A stretch of 64,000 bases of DNA from NCBI GenBank assembly GCA_951406725.2, contig OX597815.1, positions 70,928,001 to 70,992,000 of the forward strand. Direction: 5' to 3'. The notes below the pieces were generated by a model that saw only the letters and a list, made by a program, of their open reading frames with translations, made no database searches and was not told where the DNA came from. Positions 13,176 through 26,379 of this stretch are shown here, piece by piece (position 1 is the stretch's first letter; every line of letters starts with the position of its first letter). The position numbers and the translations under genes were made by a program. The stretch is from Octopus vulgaris (lineage: Eukaryota).

Positions 13176-13429
13176 AAATTTTACAGTAAAACAAAAAACA
13201 AAAACATCACTATTATATCTAAACAAATGTTTATGAAATAATTTGTGTACCGCCTGATGGTGTATTTATTAGAGTATATTACAGTGCATAAAAATAACAG
13301 AGTACTTAGCACATTGCAAATTATGCCATTCACTTTTGCGAGACTATGAAGTAGTGAAGACAAAACTTACATCAAAACACCATTTTGGTAACAAAGAAAC
13401 AGACAATCAATTACTTTATGCTTCATTAG

Positions 13430-13807
13430 GTCGGTTGGGATCATTACTGTTTGACCTACAGATTTAGAAAATAATTTTTTGTAACTAAACACTTTCAACC
13501 TTCGGACACTGGTAGTATGTGTCATATAAAACATGTTTTACCGTTAGCATTTTTGAGAAAAACTTATATTTACGAAGATATTTCACCTTAAAGTTCTCCT
13601 ATTTCGGTGATTTCAACCAATCAATGACGTGTATTCAGCTGAATAAAATTACTGCTGTTGTTTGTCAACAAGAACTTCCGGCGGTGTTGATTTCGTTTGT
13701 CACTGTTATTTATGACATCGTTCGTGCGTTTGTACTGGTTATAAGGTTTTAGGGTTAGGGTTAGGATTAAGGTTTTAGGTTTAGGGTTATGGTTTTAGGG
13801 TTAGGGT
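13430..13807. repeat. Probable non-autonomous element fragment ending in degenerate (TTAGGG)n
   Basis: TTAGGG-like units at 13749-13807; classification of the upstream part is not established. Confidence 0.45.
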
Positions 13808-13809
13808 CT

Positions 13810-13810
<1 letters not shown>

Positions 13811-13872
<62 letters not shown>

Positions 13873-13887
13873 TTGCTACTACTACTA

Positions 13888-13936
<49 letters not shown>

Positions 13937-13940
13937 TACA

Positions 13941-14009
<69 letters not shown>

Positions 14010-14030
14010 ACTACTACTACTACTACTACA

Positions 14031-14091
<61 letters not shown>
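13811..14091. repeat. (CTA)n/(CTG)n compound trinucleotide repeat
   Basis: Direct reading. Confidence 0.95.
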
Positions 14092-14092
<1 letters not shown>

Positions 14093-14623
14093 GTACGCAA
14101 AAATCTGAACCCTTTTCTTCCGGGCCCTGTGTTTTGTGAAACTTCCAAAATAATTATTAAAACTGTGTAATACAGGGAATAAACGATTAGATAATATTTT
14201 TTTACTTAAGGCTGATGGACCGTATCAAAACATTGACCTGGTGACACCATTTCTCTATATGACTTTCATTAATTGCAAACTTAATACAGGTGTTGCATGA
14301 AAATATAAAAAAAGCATCCCATTATGCAAAGTGTAAAGTCTCATTGTTGTTGTTTTTGCCCACTTAGGTTTTGGTGTACTCCTGTTAGTTGGTGACCCGT
14401 GACTCTTGAATAAATTTCTAGATATACCAAATACATGTATATGATTGGTATATATGTAGACAACTCAGTTGCAATGTATAAACATAGATAAAAAATTACA
14501 TTCAATTCTGTGCAGAGCGTTAATTGGATACAGGGCCCTGTAGATTTCTACTGTGCCTTCCTGTACAACAACAGATTAAAAAAATATTATGAATTATTTC
14601 TTTCATTGACTGTTCTAGGTTAC

Positions 14624-14803
14624 AGTAGCATGCCGGAAAAAATGCTTAGCGGCATTTCATCCGGCTCTTTACATTCTGCGTTCAAATACCACCAGGTCAT
14701 CTTTACTTTCATTCCGAATTTATAAAATAGTGAAGTTGAGTACTGGTAATTGACTTCCATCTCACCCACTATTTCAGGCCCTGTGCCTATATTAGAAAGA
14801 ATT
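14624..14803 (+). mobile_element. SINE family A, diverged
   Basis: AAATGCTTAGCGGCATTTC...GTTCAAAT motifs. Confidence 0.7.
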
Positions 14804-15988
14804 ACATTTCTCTTTGCACTGGACTGTTTCAAATATATAAAATACAGCAACTACATAATACATGCTTCAGCACTGGGATGTTAATTTACTTACTGATGGA
14901 TAACATTTCACAATATTAATGCACCAAAAACCACATTTGACAAGCCACATACAATGCAAATTTTCTGGGTGTCTCTTTCAGATCAGCTACAAGCAAATCA
15001 ATTCTATAAATGTTTCCCCAGCGCAGCATAGCAAGCAAGCTTGTTAGTCTCTTTACTATAGCAAAAATCATGAAATTTGCGAGGAAATGTTAACATCATA
15101 TCTACGTATATTTGATGTATATCGTCCATTAACACGTGGTGAGGAGTCCGAGCGGCACTCAGGGAAGCCCGTGTTTGACCTCCAGCATGGGAACGCTATA
15201 TTTTGAAGGCGGTGCTCCAGCATAACTGAAATCCAATGATAGACGAGTAAAAAGCAAAAAGGTAGAGGCAATAAGTTTTCATCAACTCAATGTTTAAATC
15301 AATCATATGCACCGCTGTATTTTGTCCCAGAAACGTAGAAAACAGCGCCACCACAGAAGTAATTAGCATAGACTACTGAAGGAAAAGTCAATATTACATT
15401 AATATATCGCTGTTGTACTATAGGCTAATAGGCAGTTTCATCAGCTACGTGATGCATTTGAGAACTTTGAAATTTTGTATTTGGGTGTATATCTGACCAG
15501 GTTTTTACAAATTATCATAATTTATAATAATTTATGCTATTCCCACACCTGTTGCACGAAAACCTGAAATTGAACACAGAAATGACACATGTTCTATGAC
15601 CTAAAAATGAAAGAAAGAAAACTTATGTGTAACAGCTCGCTGTAGATCAAGATCTCTGCCCTACTAGTTGAAATGTCAGCAGTTTGAATCTTGTTCCAGC
15701 CCCCACCCCAGCTCTGTGTTTTATCGTTAACCATTTGCCTGTCTAAAACATTTTCATAAGTTTGTTTTCAGACTTTTTGTCAGCCCTTGTTTCATACGTT
15801 CTGAATAATAGAAAGCTTCCTTTCTTAAGTCACAAGTTACTGTACTGGTTAAAAAATTAGGAATGTGTATCGCGTCTGTTGTATAGACATCAAGACAATA
15901 TGTTTTGTGTATCATATTTGATATACAGGACAGACAAGGAGTTAAAGAAGTCTCTCAATTAATGTGGTAAGAAAAAAGACCACAAATA

Positions 15989-16854
15989 CGAGGAGGTATA
16001 AAAAAGTTCCCAGACTACTTCTGTAGCGCGGCGCCAACGGATGACAGCACACTGTTGCGTGCGCAGTGAGAACTAGCAGTGAACATAAGTCAGTGTGCCA
16101 AGTAACATTGTTGTGTTTACTAGCAAGTTGTGAAAAATGTGTTTTTGAGATCACGTGTATGCTGTAGTCTGCGATTTTGTCAAAAACAGGAAGTTGGAAC
16201 AAAGAGCCAGCGTGAAATTTTGTGTTAAACTTGGAAAGTCTGCAACAGAGATAGTGAGCATCCTTCAACAAGCTTACAGCGACGAGACAATGAGTTGTAC
16301 GCAATGTTTCGGGTGGCACGGGCGCTTCAAAAGCAGGAGAACGTCTTTGGGAGACGGCGAGCGATCTGGAAGACTTGTCATGAGCGTCACCCCCGGAAAT
16401 GTGCTATTGTGCACTGAGAATTCATCCCCAAGTGCCAGACAATCAATCGAGAGTTTTATTATTAGGAATTAGATTATTCACAACGACAATGCACCCTGTC
16501 ATCGAGCCCTCTTCATTCGTGAGTTTCTCGCCAAAAAGAACGCGGTATCGGTTCCGCACCCGCCATATATGCCAGATTTACCACCTGCAGACTTCCATCT
16601 CTTTTCCAAGTTGAAAATGCAGCTCAAAGGTCGCATTTTTAACACCGTTGTTGAGATCAGGAGCAAATTGCAGAAGAGCTTCGATTCGCTTAAGGAAAAC
16701 GACTTTCAGGTCGGATTCCAAAAGTGGCAGGAACGCTGGGACCGGTGTATTGCTGTGCAAGGTGACTATTTCGGAAGAGATGATGTTGAAACTTAGGTAG
16801 ATGAATTATTTTTTATCAAACATAATAGTCCAGGAACTTTTTGATACCATCTCG
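15989..16854 (+). mobile_element. Mariner transposon, internally deleted
   Basis: TA flanks; imperfect TIRs CGAGGAGGTATAAAAAAGTTCCCAGACTA / TAGTCCAGGAACTTTTTGATACCATCTCG; EQRASVKFCVKLGKSATE HTH, HNDNAPCH and PYMPDLPPADFHLF motifs. Confidence 0.95.
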
Positions 16855-17077
16855 TAAACACAACTGAATCTCTCAGGTATTGCGATTACTGTGTAACTGA
16901 TTAGAACTTTCTCAATTTGAAATTCCCCACGGAAAATGAATTTTTAATGCAACTTCATCTACAATGTGAGATAGAAGCTGTTGTATAATGTCTCTGAGCA
17001 ACTAAGTCTGAAGTAGGCTAAAGGAGATATTGCCTTACAGCTATCTTTAACAGTCTAGATAGACACAAAACTACCCT

Positions 17078-17235
17078 CAGGTATGGCTGTGTGATTAAGA
17101 AGCTCGCATGACAACCATGTGTTTTCGGGTTCAGTCTCACTGCGTAGCACCTGGGGTAAAGTGCGTTTAACTACAGGTCTGATCCGATCAATACCTTGTA
17201 AGTGAATTTGGTAGACAGAAACTGAGCAGGCCGTC

Positions 17236-17236
<1 letters not shown>
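17078..17236 (+). mobile_element. SINE family B, head half
   Basis: GGCTGTGTG..GGGTTCAGTC..TTTGGTAGACAGAAACTGA, ending in (TA)n. Confidence 0.7.
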
Positions 17237-17269
<33 letters not shown>

Positions 17270-17275
<6 letters not shown>

Positions 17276-18977
17276 TCGGGGTGAGTACTTGATAATTATA
17301 AGCACCTGTGTATACCGTTTGGTGGTGTAGGTGGTGGAGTAAATTGATCAAAATAAAAATAAAAACATGAGGCGAAGGATTCAGCGGTACATATGTTTCG
17401 GGCCTTTATTAGACAGATTTATAACAAAGCATAATGTATGTCTGTGGCCTTCTTCAGCCGCGCACAACAGCTTCCACAAGGACATGTGTTACATCAAAAA
17501 TTCTTGGTTGGGGATGCAAATCCTCTCGTTCACGTACGACATAATGCGGCAGCAGCATAGAATTGAAGCGTCCATCTCTTTCTTCTCTCAATGTAGAATG
17601 AGGAAACTTGGATGTTGAGGTAATGTAAATAAATAAATACGTATATAGAGGTGAAGATGGAGGGGCGAGAGTTCGGGACGAGGGATAAAAAATATATATA
17701 AAAAATGTACGTATAGAATAATATAAAAATGTAGAGGATAAAGATATAAAGAGTTGTAAGGAGATGTAAAGGGGGTATAAAGAAATATAAAGAAATATAA
17801 ATAAATGTAAAGGCATAAGGTTGTAAAGTAAAAAAAGAAATGGAAATAATAGTAAAAGAAGTAAAAGAACCTGATAAAAACATGATAAAAGTGTAAAAGA
17901 ATGTAAAGATAAGGGATGTATAGAGGTCGCGGACCAAGCATGGTGGTCAGGAGATTGATAAAACTTAGTTGTAGAACTGTCAGTAAATTAACAGTTTCGT
18001 CGTAAATCAGAGCTGATGAGAATTTAATCTGGTTCCTTGAATTAAATGGACTTCCAGTACATACATATCATCATGGGTACATACACCCACATACACGCGT
18101 ACATATACGTCTCCAAACCTATAAGCATACACACGCACTCGCGTGTAAACACGTACATAAACACACACGCACCCACACGCACGCGCGCACACACACATAC
18201 ATACAACAGAATATCCGCATATATAGACGGACATTACGCGCGTACACGCTCACATGTATATACGCGCGCCCCTCACTACATACACACACGTATATGCCCA
18301 CGCCTCTAGGTCTAGGTATAAGATATTAAAGGATGTGTATAAGAACGTATGTAAAGAATCCCGTACTCATGTTAATACGCGCACGCACACACGGCTGTGT
18401 GTCCGTATGTGCGTGCACATATACACTCATATACACACACAGAGACACACGCGCACATGGGTATAGCCATAAGATATCGAAGTATGCATGTACATATACG
18501 CGCGTGCATATGTATGTATGCGCATACACACGCACGCGGACGCTCGCATACTCAAAAGGCGGATCCATAGGTAAGTAAATAAACATATATAGAGGTGTAA
18601 AGCGATAAATTAGGGGTAAGAATGAGGGTAAGGGTAAAGATTAGAAATAAAAAATACAGTATAAAATAAGAAATGCAATGTAATAGTTAGAAATGAAATA
18701 TAAGAATTATAAGGGTTATAAGAGTTAAGGTAAGGGATGAAAATGAAAATGAGAGTAAATGGAAGTAGAATAAAAGTAAAAATAAAATTAAAAATAAAAA
18801 TAAATGGAAGTAGGATAAAAGTAAAAATAAAAATAAAAATAAAAATAAAATAAAATAAAATAAAAAAATAAAAAATAAGGTAAAAATATAATTTTGTAAA
18901 GTTTAACATGAGATGGAGGTGGCACACATATATATATATATGTATATGTACACATACGTACACGTATGTGCACATAC

Positions 18978-19013
<36 letters not shown>

Positions 19014-19215
19014 ACGCACATATAGGAAAGCGGGATGTGCTGGAGCCGACAGGTTGCACCGGGTGGGAGGAAATAGCATGGGGGAGTTGGTATAAGACCT
19101 AAGCATTGTAGTATTTGAAAGTATTAATAAGTTTATGTATGCAGGATGGTTTGAACTCTGACCTTTTGTTAATAAGATTGTGTTTGTCTTTGAATTTCAA
19201 GATGTTCAGGAGTTC
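17270..19215 (-). mobile_element. Penelope-like element 3' end: ORF C-terminus, long low-complexity UTR and HHR
   Basis: 19100-19215 translates ELLNILKFKDKHNLINKRSEFKPSCIHK (cf. LLNKRSE..CRH); flanked on both sides by (TA)n; HHR at 17384-17461. Confidence 0.8.
17384..17461 (-). ncRNA. Type I hammerhead ribozyme motif
   Basis: GCGG-CTGAAGA-AGGCC..GGCCC-GAAA-CATATG-TA-CCGC. Confidence 0.82.
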
Positions 19216-19264
<49 letters not shown>

Positions 19265-19456
19265 AGAATTCACGAAAAAGACAAAAGACGAAGGCAGGTA
19301 GTGTAGAAAACAAACAGATGTATTAGTATAACGCTCGGGAATTGAAAAAGTCTTTTACGTTTCGAGCCTACGATCTTCCACAGAAAGGAACACAGAGAGA
19401 AACAAGGAAAGAAAAAAATGTGTGTAGTGGCTACCGATCTATCATGGCGACTGGCG

Positions 19457-19501
<45 letters not shown>

Positions 19502-19539
19502 CAATATATATATATATGTGGGGGAGGGGACGCCTGTCC

Positions 19540-19718
19540 AATTTAGATTTCAAGGCCAGCATTTTTGAAGGAGCAAGTCGATTGCATTGACCTCAGTACT
19601 TCACTAAAAAGGCAAAGTCGACACCAGTGGGATTTGAACTCAGAAAATAAAGAGCCAGAATAAATGCAACTAAGCATGTTGTTCGACGTGCTACCGATTC
19701 CGCCCTCTCGTTACCTTA
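19540..19718 (-). mobile_element. SINE family A, diverged
   Basis: GGCAAAGTCGAC..GATTTGAACTCAG motifs. Confidence 0.65.
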
Positions 19719-20175
19719 CATCTAGGGATTACATTAGAGAATAACGTTATGGAAACATATTAATATTTTCAATATCATATCACCAAAAGAAAGCTCTTAG
19801 TTTTTTTAGTAAATAACCATCAATATACATCGATTATTGATTTTGGTTTCCTATGCAATATGTTGTTAACGATACCGTAACAGGATGAATTTTTTTTACT
19901 GTTGTTAACTTTGAATAAAAAGATATATGTCACACAGACATATGTTATTATATTTGTACAAATTTTCCTTGTATATTTGTGTGCTTTGTGTGCTCAGTCG
20001 GAGGCTTACCGCTATTAAAGTGTCTATATGAAAGCACGGTGAATATTTGACCGGGTCTTATAAAACCAGTGACTGAGGAATTTAAACAATCCTGGGAGAG
20101 CCCATTCTCTGATACCATCAGTTTGGTGTAATCCTTGATAGATTTTAGGACTTTTAAAATTCTGTTATTCTGCTG

Positions 20176-20415
20176 CTTTATTGTCGGTTTTAGCCAAAGG
20201 TTGTGGCCATGGTGGAGCACCATCGTTTCCGCTAATGCTTGTTTATCTTAGATTAATTTCCATGTCATTTCTCTGGAATTGGTCTTGACGAAGTAGTGAG
20301 TTGGACATAGCTTCCCTTCTTTGCATTTCTGGCTGTGATGTGGGTTCATGAGGTATATCAGATCGATCCATACTTCGAAATCTTTTTGCAAGATACTGAA
20401 TGCGTGTTTCAATAA
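20176..20415 (-). mobile_element. CR1-like LINE extreme 3' fragment
   Basis: PHEPTSQPEMQRREAMSNSLLRQ matches DEPTSRQEVQMRVATSNCILHQ of the 10545 copy; same tail. Confidence 0.7.
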
Positions 20416-20431
20416 ATATTCAAAATATTCT

Positions 20432-20578
20432 GGGCGCGGTGTGGTTGTGTAGTAAGAAGCTTGCTTCCAAAGCACATGGTTCAGGGTTCAGTCCCACGGC
20501 GTGGCACCTTGGGCAAGTATCTTCTACTATAGCCTCGGGCCGATCAAAGCTTTGTGAGTGGATTTGGTAGATGGAAAC

Positions 20579-20636
<58 letters not shown>

Positions 20637-20935
20637 TGTGTGTGTGTGTGTGTGCGTGCGTGTGTGTATTTATATGTTTGTGTGTGTGCGTGCGTGTGTG
20701 TATCTATGTGTGTGTGTGTGTGTGTCTGTGTTTGTCCCACCCACCCACCATCGCTTGGCAACCGATGTTGGTGTGTTTACGTACCCGTAACTTAGCGGTT
20801 CGGCACAAGAATATGTACGATAGAATATGTACCGGGTATACAAAGAATAAGTCTTGGGTGCGATTTCTTCGACTAAATGGCGGTGTTCCAGCATGGCCGC
20901 AGTCAAATGACTGAAACAAGTAAAAGAATAAAAGA
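20432..20935 (+). mobile_element. SINE family B, full length with expanded internal (TG)n
   Basis: Complete head, core, microsatellite and tail. Confidence 0.88.
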
Positions 20936-21271
20936 AAAAATGAGAGTGGAAATGTCTTTCTATTACGTGAGATATTTTTCTGTGAATGACATTTTTCATA
21001 TATTCGGTGAAATGTTTTTTCAATAAATCTTTTTAATTCATTAAACATGAAAAAAAAAAGATAACCCCAAAAATACGATGATAATCTCTTTTCGATTTAT
21101 AGAATTAACCAATCAAAAAATGAATTTGCATGGAAATAAATTCGCAATTGGAAAGAATCCTTTTACAATATCAAGAGAAACTTCCAGCAGGCCTCGCTCC
21201 ACCCACCAAAAATCAAAAACACACAAAGAAACAGAACGAAACGAAACCCCAAAATAAACCAGAATTGTAGT

Positions 21272-21272
<1 letters not shown>

Positions 21273-21354
<82 letters not shown>
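21273..21354. repeat. (CTAT)n tetranucleotide repeat
   Basis: Direct reading. Confidence 0.95.
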
Positions 21355-21355
<1 letters not shown>

Positions 21356-22660
21356 TATTACTCCACGTCCCCTGTGGAACGAGCGGCTCATCCAGTCTGT
21401 AACGGTCTACTAGATTATAGCTCTCTAGTAGACCCTTGAGGCTAGGATTTCCCCTCCTATCAATCGAGCCAACACTATCCACCTGTGTATCGAGGATAGT
21501 GTTAAAGTCTTCTTTAACGTTTTTGACGTCACTAAAAAGTACTCCAGGTTTCGAAAACAAACCAGTCTGTCCACTCTCCTTAGGAGCATAGACAGCTACC
21601 AATCTGAATTACTGCTTACTAGCGTGGGTCAAATCCAGGACGACCAGTCTACCTTGTGGATCCAGAAAGACTGTACTTACCTGTACGTCTAATGTCTTCC
21701 TGAATAAGACCATTACGTCCCCTCCTCCTCGTCGGCTCGGAGAAATAAATTTCTCACAGCCATCTAGAAGAGGCGAGAACGCTTGTGGTCCACTTATCTT
21801 GGTCTCAGTTGCAATGCATATATCTATATGTCGTGACCTGAGGTAGTTCAGGAGACAGGCTTGTTTCCATTTCGACCCCAGCCCACGTACATTTATACAC
21901 CCTAACTTAATCGCCATGGTGATAAATAGAAAAAAGGAGTAACTTACAGTTTGAGTATAGGGAGGGGCAGCGCTGATGTAGCCGCTGGGCTTGTTAATAA
22001 TTTTTTGTCTGCCATTTCGGAGCTGACGTCTCCGATATCATCCGGATACTTTCCTTATCTTTAGTTGTTTTGAAAACTCGAGCCTTGTGGCAATGTCTTA
22101 TGATGGTAGACAACAGCTGGTTTTTTCCACGTAGGAAACAATTCTTTCTTGTGTTTTGGTGAGGGGTTTGGTAAACGTTTTCACTGAGGTGTTGGTTTGG
22201 GGAATTCTGCTTTGTGTGTCTGTTGTGTGTTTAATTTTGTTTGTTTGGGGAGGGGAGTTTGGGATTTGTGCTTTTTTCTTTTGTGCGTTACTGTGGTATA
22301 CTCCATTTCATCGCTCTTACCTGTCTTTTCTTCCGCCATTGTTCTCTCTTTCGTTTCTGTTGCATTTCCGGCTTTTCGTTTCTTCCTTTTACCACCTTCG
22401 CAGCTTTTTGGGGAGGGGCCTCGTTGTCTTTATTTTTTGTGCACTTCGCGTGGACGTGGCCCTTTTCTCCACATTTGAAGCAAAGCAACGAAGCCTACGT
22501 CCCTCAACGGTTACGCTCATGGTTAGCCCCTCCCCTACAAATACCCTATCGGGCAAATTTTCTAGCGTTTTGTTCGACGCTTGAACGACCATCTCGAGCG
22601 TCTGGCCTCTCCAGTTGACGGCTTTTTTAAATGCTATATTAAATTCTATCATATACTTAT
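21355..22660 (-). mobile_element. Tx1/L1-clade LINE: ORF1 zinc knuckle and ORF2 APE endonuclease N-terminus
   Basis: CFKCGEKGHVHAKC; MAIKLGCINVRGL..IATETK..DPQGRLVVLD..VAVYAP..DFN..LVDRYR. Confidence 0.9.
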
Positions 22661-24019
22661 TTTTTTAAATTGCCAAAAATGACAAAAATAACAAATAAAT
22701 TCACTACCCAGCAACGGGTAAAGAAAAACAGTTCAGCTAAATTTTTTTTTCACAATGATTTCAAAACAGAATTTTCTGCCCCGTAGGGCGAAAATTACTG
22801 TATCACGAAGGACAACAGTTTAGTTCAAAGCAAAATACATAAAAAATCACAATAACAGACAAAAACACACGGAACGAACTCACATAACTTTGGTAACAAC
22901 AAAATCTCGATTTACGACGCAAAAAATTGTTCGGTTAGAGGTAGTTTCTTTATTTGAGCACAGGCACTTACAAAGAGAGGACGATACATGGATAGACAAC
23001 ACAACACAGTGCATAAAATATATAACGAATGAAATAATGAATTACAATGACAAAAGGATAAAATGAAAAATGCAATGTTTTACCTGCTCCCCACTCGCAG
23101 GAAGTGTCATTTAACTGTTCACTTATAACATTTAACATACAGTTCATTGTTCACTTTTTGCATCATTTTTCAAAAGTCATTATTTAAAATTTTAAACATT
23201 TTACTTAGTTTCATTTACATTATGTGTTCTATTACGTTCTTAAATGCCGCCACTGGTGGCAACTCATCGTACCGATACTGTACCGGCGATATTTCGATTT
23301 TCTCTCCAAATAGCTCCTTCAACCTCTCTCCTCTCTCTGAAGCAAAACTGCCTTGTAGCCCTCGCTATACTCACTCTCCGATAACTTAACTCTAATTACG
23401 TTTCATCTTTGTAATTCTCTTCTCGATTTCCACACTTTTTTTATAGTTTATTATAGTTTATTATAGTCCGGTAAACTGATTTGGACTGTCACCTCGAGGC
23501 CGTATCCCCAACAGTTTACCTCTGTTGTTCTTGTAACCTTGAGAATTCTTGTTTCTTCTTTCGTATTGAAGAGGATGGCTGCCACCAGCATCAACAAGGC
23601 AAGTTACACGTATACTCAAACACAAGCATCAACAAGCATCAACAAAGCGATTTACACGTATAGTCAAACACAAACTTCACTCAACTCAGGATTCCAGGTC
23701 GCTCGTCGCCATTGTTCAGCTGCCAAATTCCCGTTCGAAATATATAGTTTTTAAATTGACAACTAGTCACTGATCTATAAATTAGAAAATTACTATTTTT
23801 AAATCTCCCAACGAGAGATATTCAGCAACAATACTTTGGAGTAAAAAATTGCAAGTTCTTTATGTTAATTTAATAATTTTATATTGTGCAGTAGTCTATG
23901 TCGTATGAATGCTTTTATTTTGCATTAAAACAATAAAATATTTCAACTAGATTATCTTCGATGTAACCGACTTTCAGGATTTACAGACATAATTTTCCCA
24001 TTATCAGTCAAATCTAGAG

Positions 24020-24560
24020 TTCATTTATGTATGCATGTATGTATGTGCAGATTTGCATGTTTATGTATGTATGCATGTACGTATGTACGCATGTATGTAT
24101 GTATGTGAAGATTTGTATGTTTTATGTATGTATTCTCATGCATATAGTTGCATATCTAGACATGCTCATATATATTTAAATGATAAACATCTGGAAAGTT
24201 TTACAGATTTTTACAGTTCCAATGATGGATTGGATCTGAAGTCTTCGAATTAGCTTTCTCCTTTCTGGTTTTGAGAAGCCTAATTTCTCAAGGTTGTTAT
24301 TTAGGCAGTGTGTTACATATCCCAGGGCCCCAATAGTTACAAGTATAAACCTGAACTTGTAATCTGGATAGTGTAACTGTAGATTTTTCAATAGTTCAGC
24401 ATAGGTGTTCTCTTTTTCATTGATCTTCAGCTTTATGTTAGCTGGCAGCTAATTCCCACAACTGGGCAGAGTTTCACTTCTCTATCCCAAATCATTATAT
24501 CAGGTCTGTTGTGCTTACATTTTATTGAGGTCTTCACTAGTACATTCCACCAGTATTCTT
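24020..24560 (-). mobile_element. R4/Dong-type RLE LINE 3' end
   Basis: Close copy of 4880-5390 (KHNRPDIMIWD, YPDYKFRFI..IGALG). Confidence 0.88.
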
Positions 24561-24820
24561 TTTATATAAGTTATATTCTTTATATATAAGTTATTTCCTA
24601 CAGCTCCTCCCTTCGCCACCTTTTTCAAACGGAAAATCACTATTTTTCTTTTTCTCTCATTTTTTTCTGCTCTTGTTCACACTTTGTAATTGACTCCTAC
24701 AAACAATTTTTGAAAGATGTAACAAAACTATTTGTAAGAGTTCCCCTTATTAAACTATTATAAATAATTACATACATACATACATACATATATATATATG
24801 TGTGTGTATATATACATATG

Positions 24821-24874
<54 letters not shown>

Positions 24875-24916
24875 GCGTGTGTGTGTCTATGTATGTATGT
24901 ATGTATGTATGTATGC

Positions 24917-24962
<46 letters not shown>

Positions 24963-25378
24963 ATCTGTGTGTTTGTGAGTGTGTATATAGAAAGTAGCTC
25001 TTTATAGTGTTTATGATTGAAAACACAATGATAATGTTTTTTGATAAACTCGAGACAATTTTTCGTTTCGTGAAATCTTAGTTGTGCTCTTGAAATTCAA
25101 CAAAAGCTGCCATTCTTTAACAAGAATTGGATATAGTATAATTGAAGCTTAAAACACCGCCGCCGCCGCCACGACCACCTCCAACACTACCACCACCACC
25201 AACAACAAAAACAAATTTTTAAAATACAAGTATCTTCGAAACGAAGACAATAATATCCAAAGGTATTTGAACAAATTATATAGCACCACAAAATATACAA
25301 TCCGTAGGATGGAAAAAATCTTTATCATAAACAAATGTGTAACGCTTAGATCTTTAATATATATTATAGCCACGCTTA

Positions 25379-26030
25379 AGGCAGCGAGATGACAGAATCG
25401 TTAACGCGATGGACAGGAATTTACATTCTGAGTCCAAACACTATCGAAGTCAACCTTGCCTTCCATCATTTCTGGTCGATAAATTAAAGTACAGGTCAAG
25501 TATTGTGATCAGAGCAATCGACTAACCCTCTCTCTCGAAAATTACAGTCCTTGTGCTAAAAAATATTATTATTATTATTATTATGAAGACGGTGAGCTAG
25601 CAGAATCGTTAGCACGCTAGGTAAAATGCTTAGCGGCATTTCGTCCGTCTTTACGTTCTGAATTCAAATTCCGACAAGGTCGTCTTTGTCTTTCATCCTT
25701 TCGGGGTCGATACATTAAGTACCAGTTAAGTACTGGAGTCGATCCAATCGACTATCCCCCTCTCCCAAATTTCAGGCCTTGTGACTATAATAAAAAGGAT
25801 TATTATTATTATTATTATTAAGGCAGCGAGCTGGCAGCACGCCAAACAAAATGCTTAGCGCCATTTCGTCTGTCTTTATGTTCTGAGTTCCAATTTCTCC
25901 GAAGTTGACTTTGCCTTTCATTCTTCCGGGTTCAGTAAAATAAGTGCCAGTTGTTCACTGGGGTCAATGTAATCGACCAGGCCCTCTCTCCTACCAAATG
26001 TCAAGCCTCTTGCTTACAGTAGAAAAGACT
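25379..26030 (+). mobile_element. Three head-to-tail SINE family A copies separated by (TTA)n
   Basis: Heads at ~25379, ~25587 and ~25821. Confidence 0.85.
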
Positions 26031-26379
26031 ATTATACTTATTATTAAGGTATCAGTGATGCAACCACGAAGTACATCTTAGGAAACATGCAAAGATAAAC
26101 GTTTTTTGCGAAAATTTCTACATTAAAGTCAACCTTTCTACTTTCTGGGACAAGCATATGTTCATCCTAGTAGATAACCAATCGATATCTTTAGAGAAGT
26201 GGTGGCGTATCACGGAGATATATCTTTCAGTGTGCAGTGAATCAATATTATTGAAGGGCCACAAAACTGATGCAGAGGAACAAAGCTGGTAGGAGAGTTG
26301 GAAACAGTAGTCCTGCAGTTTATGTATTCTTTATCCTTTGTCACAATAACTAAGATACCTTGTAGCAGACTATTCGGTC

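Noticed and set aside
23250-23580. Possible additional LINE ORF1 fragment
   Set aside because: No diagnostic motif
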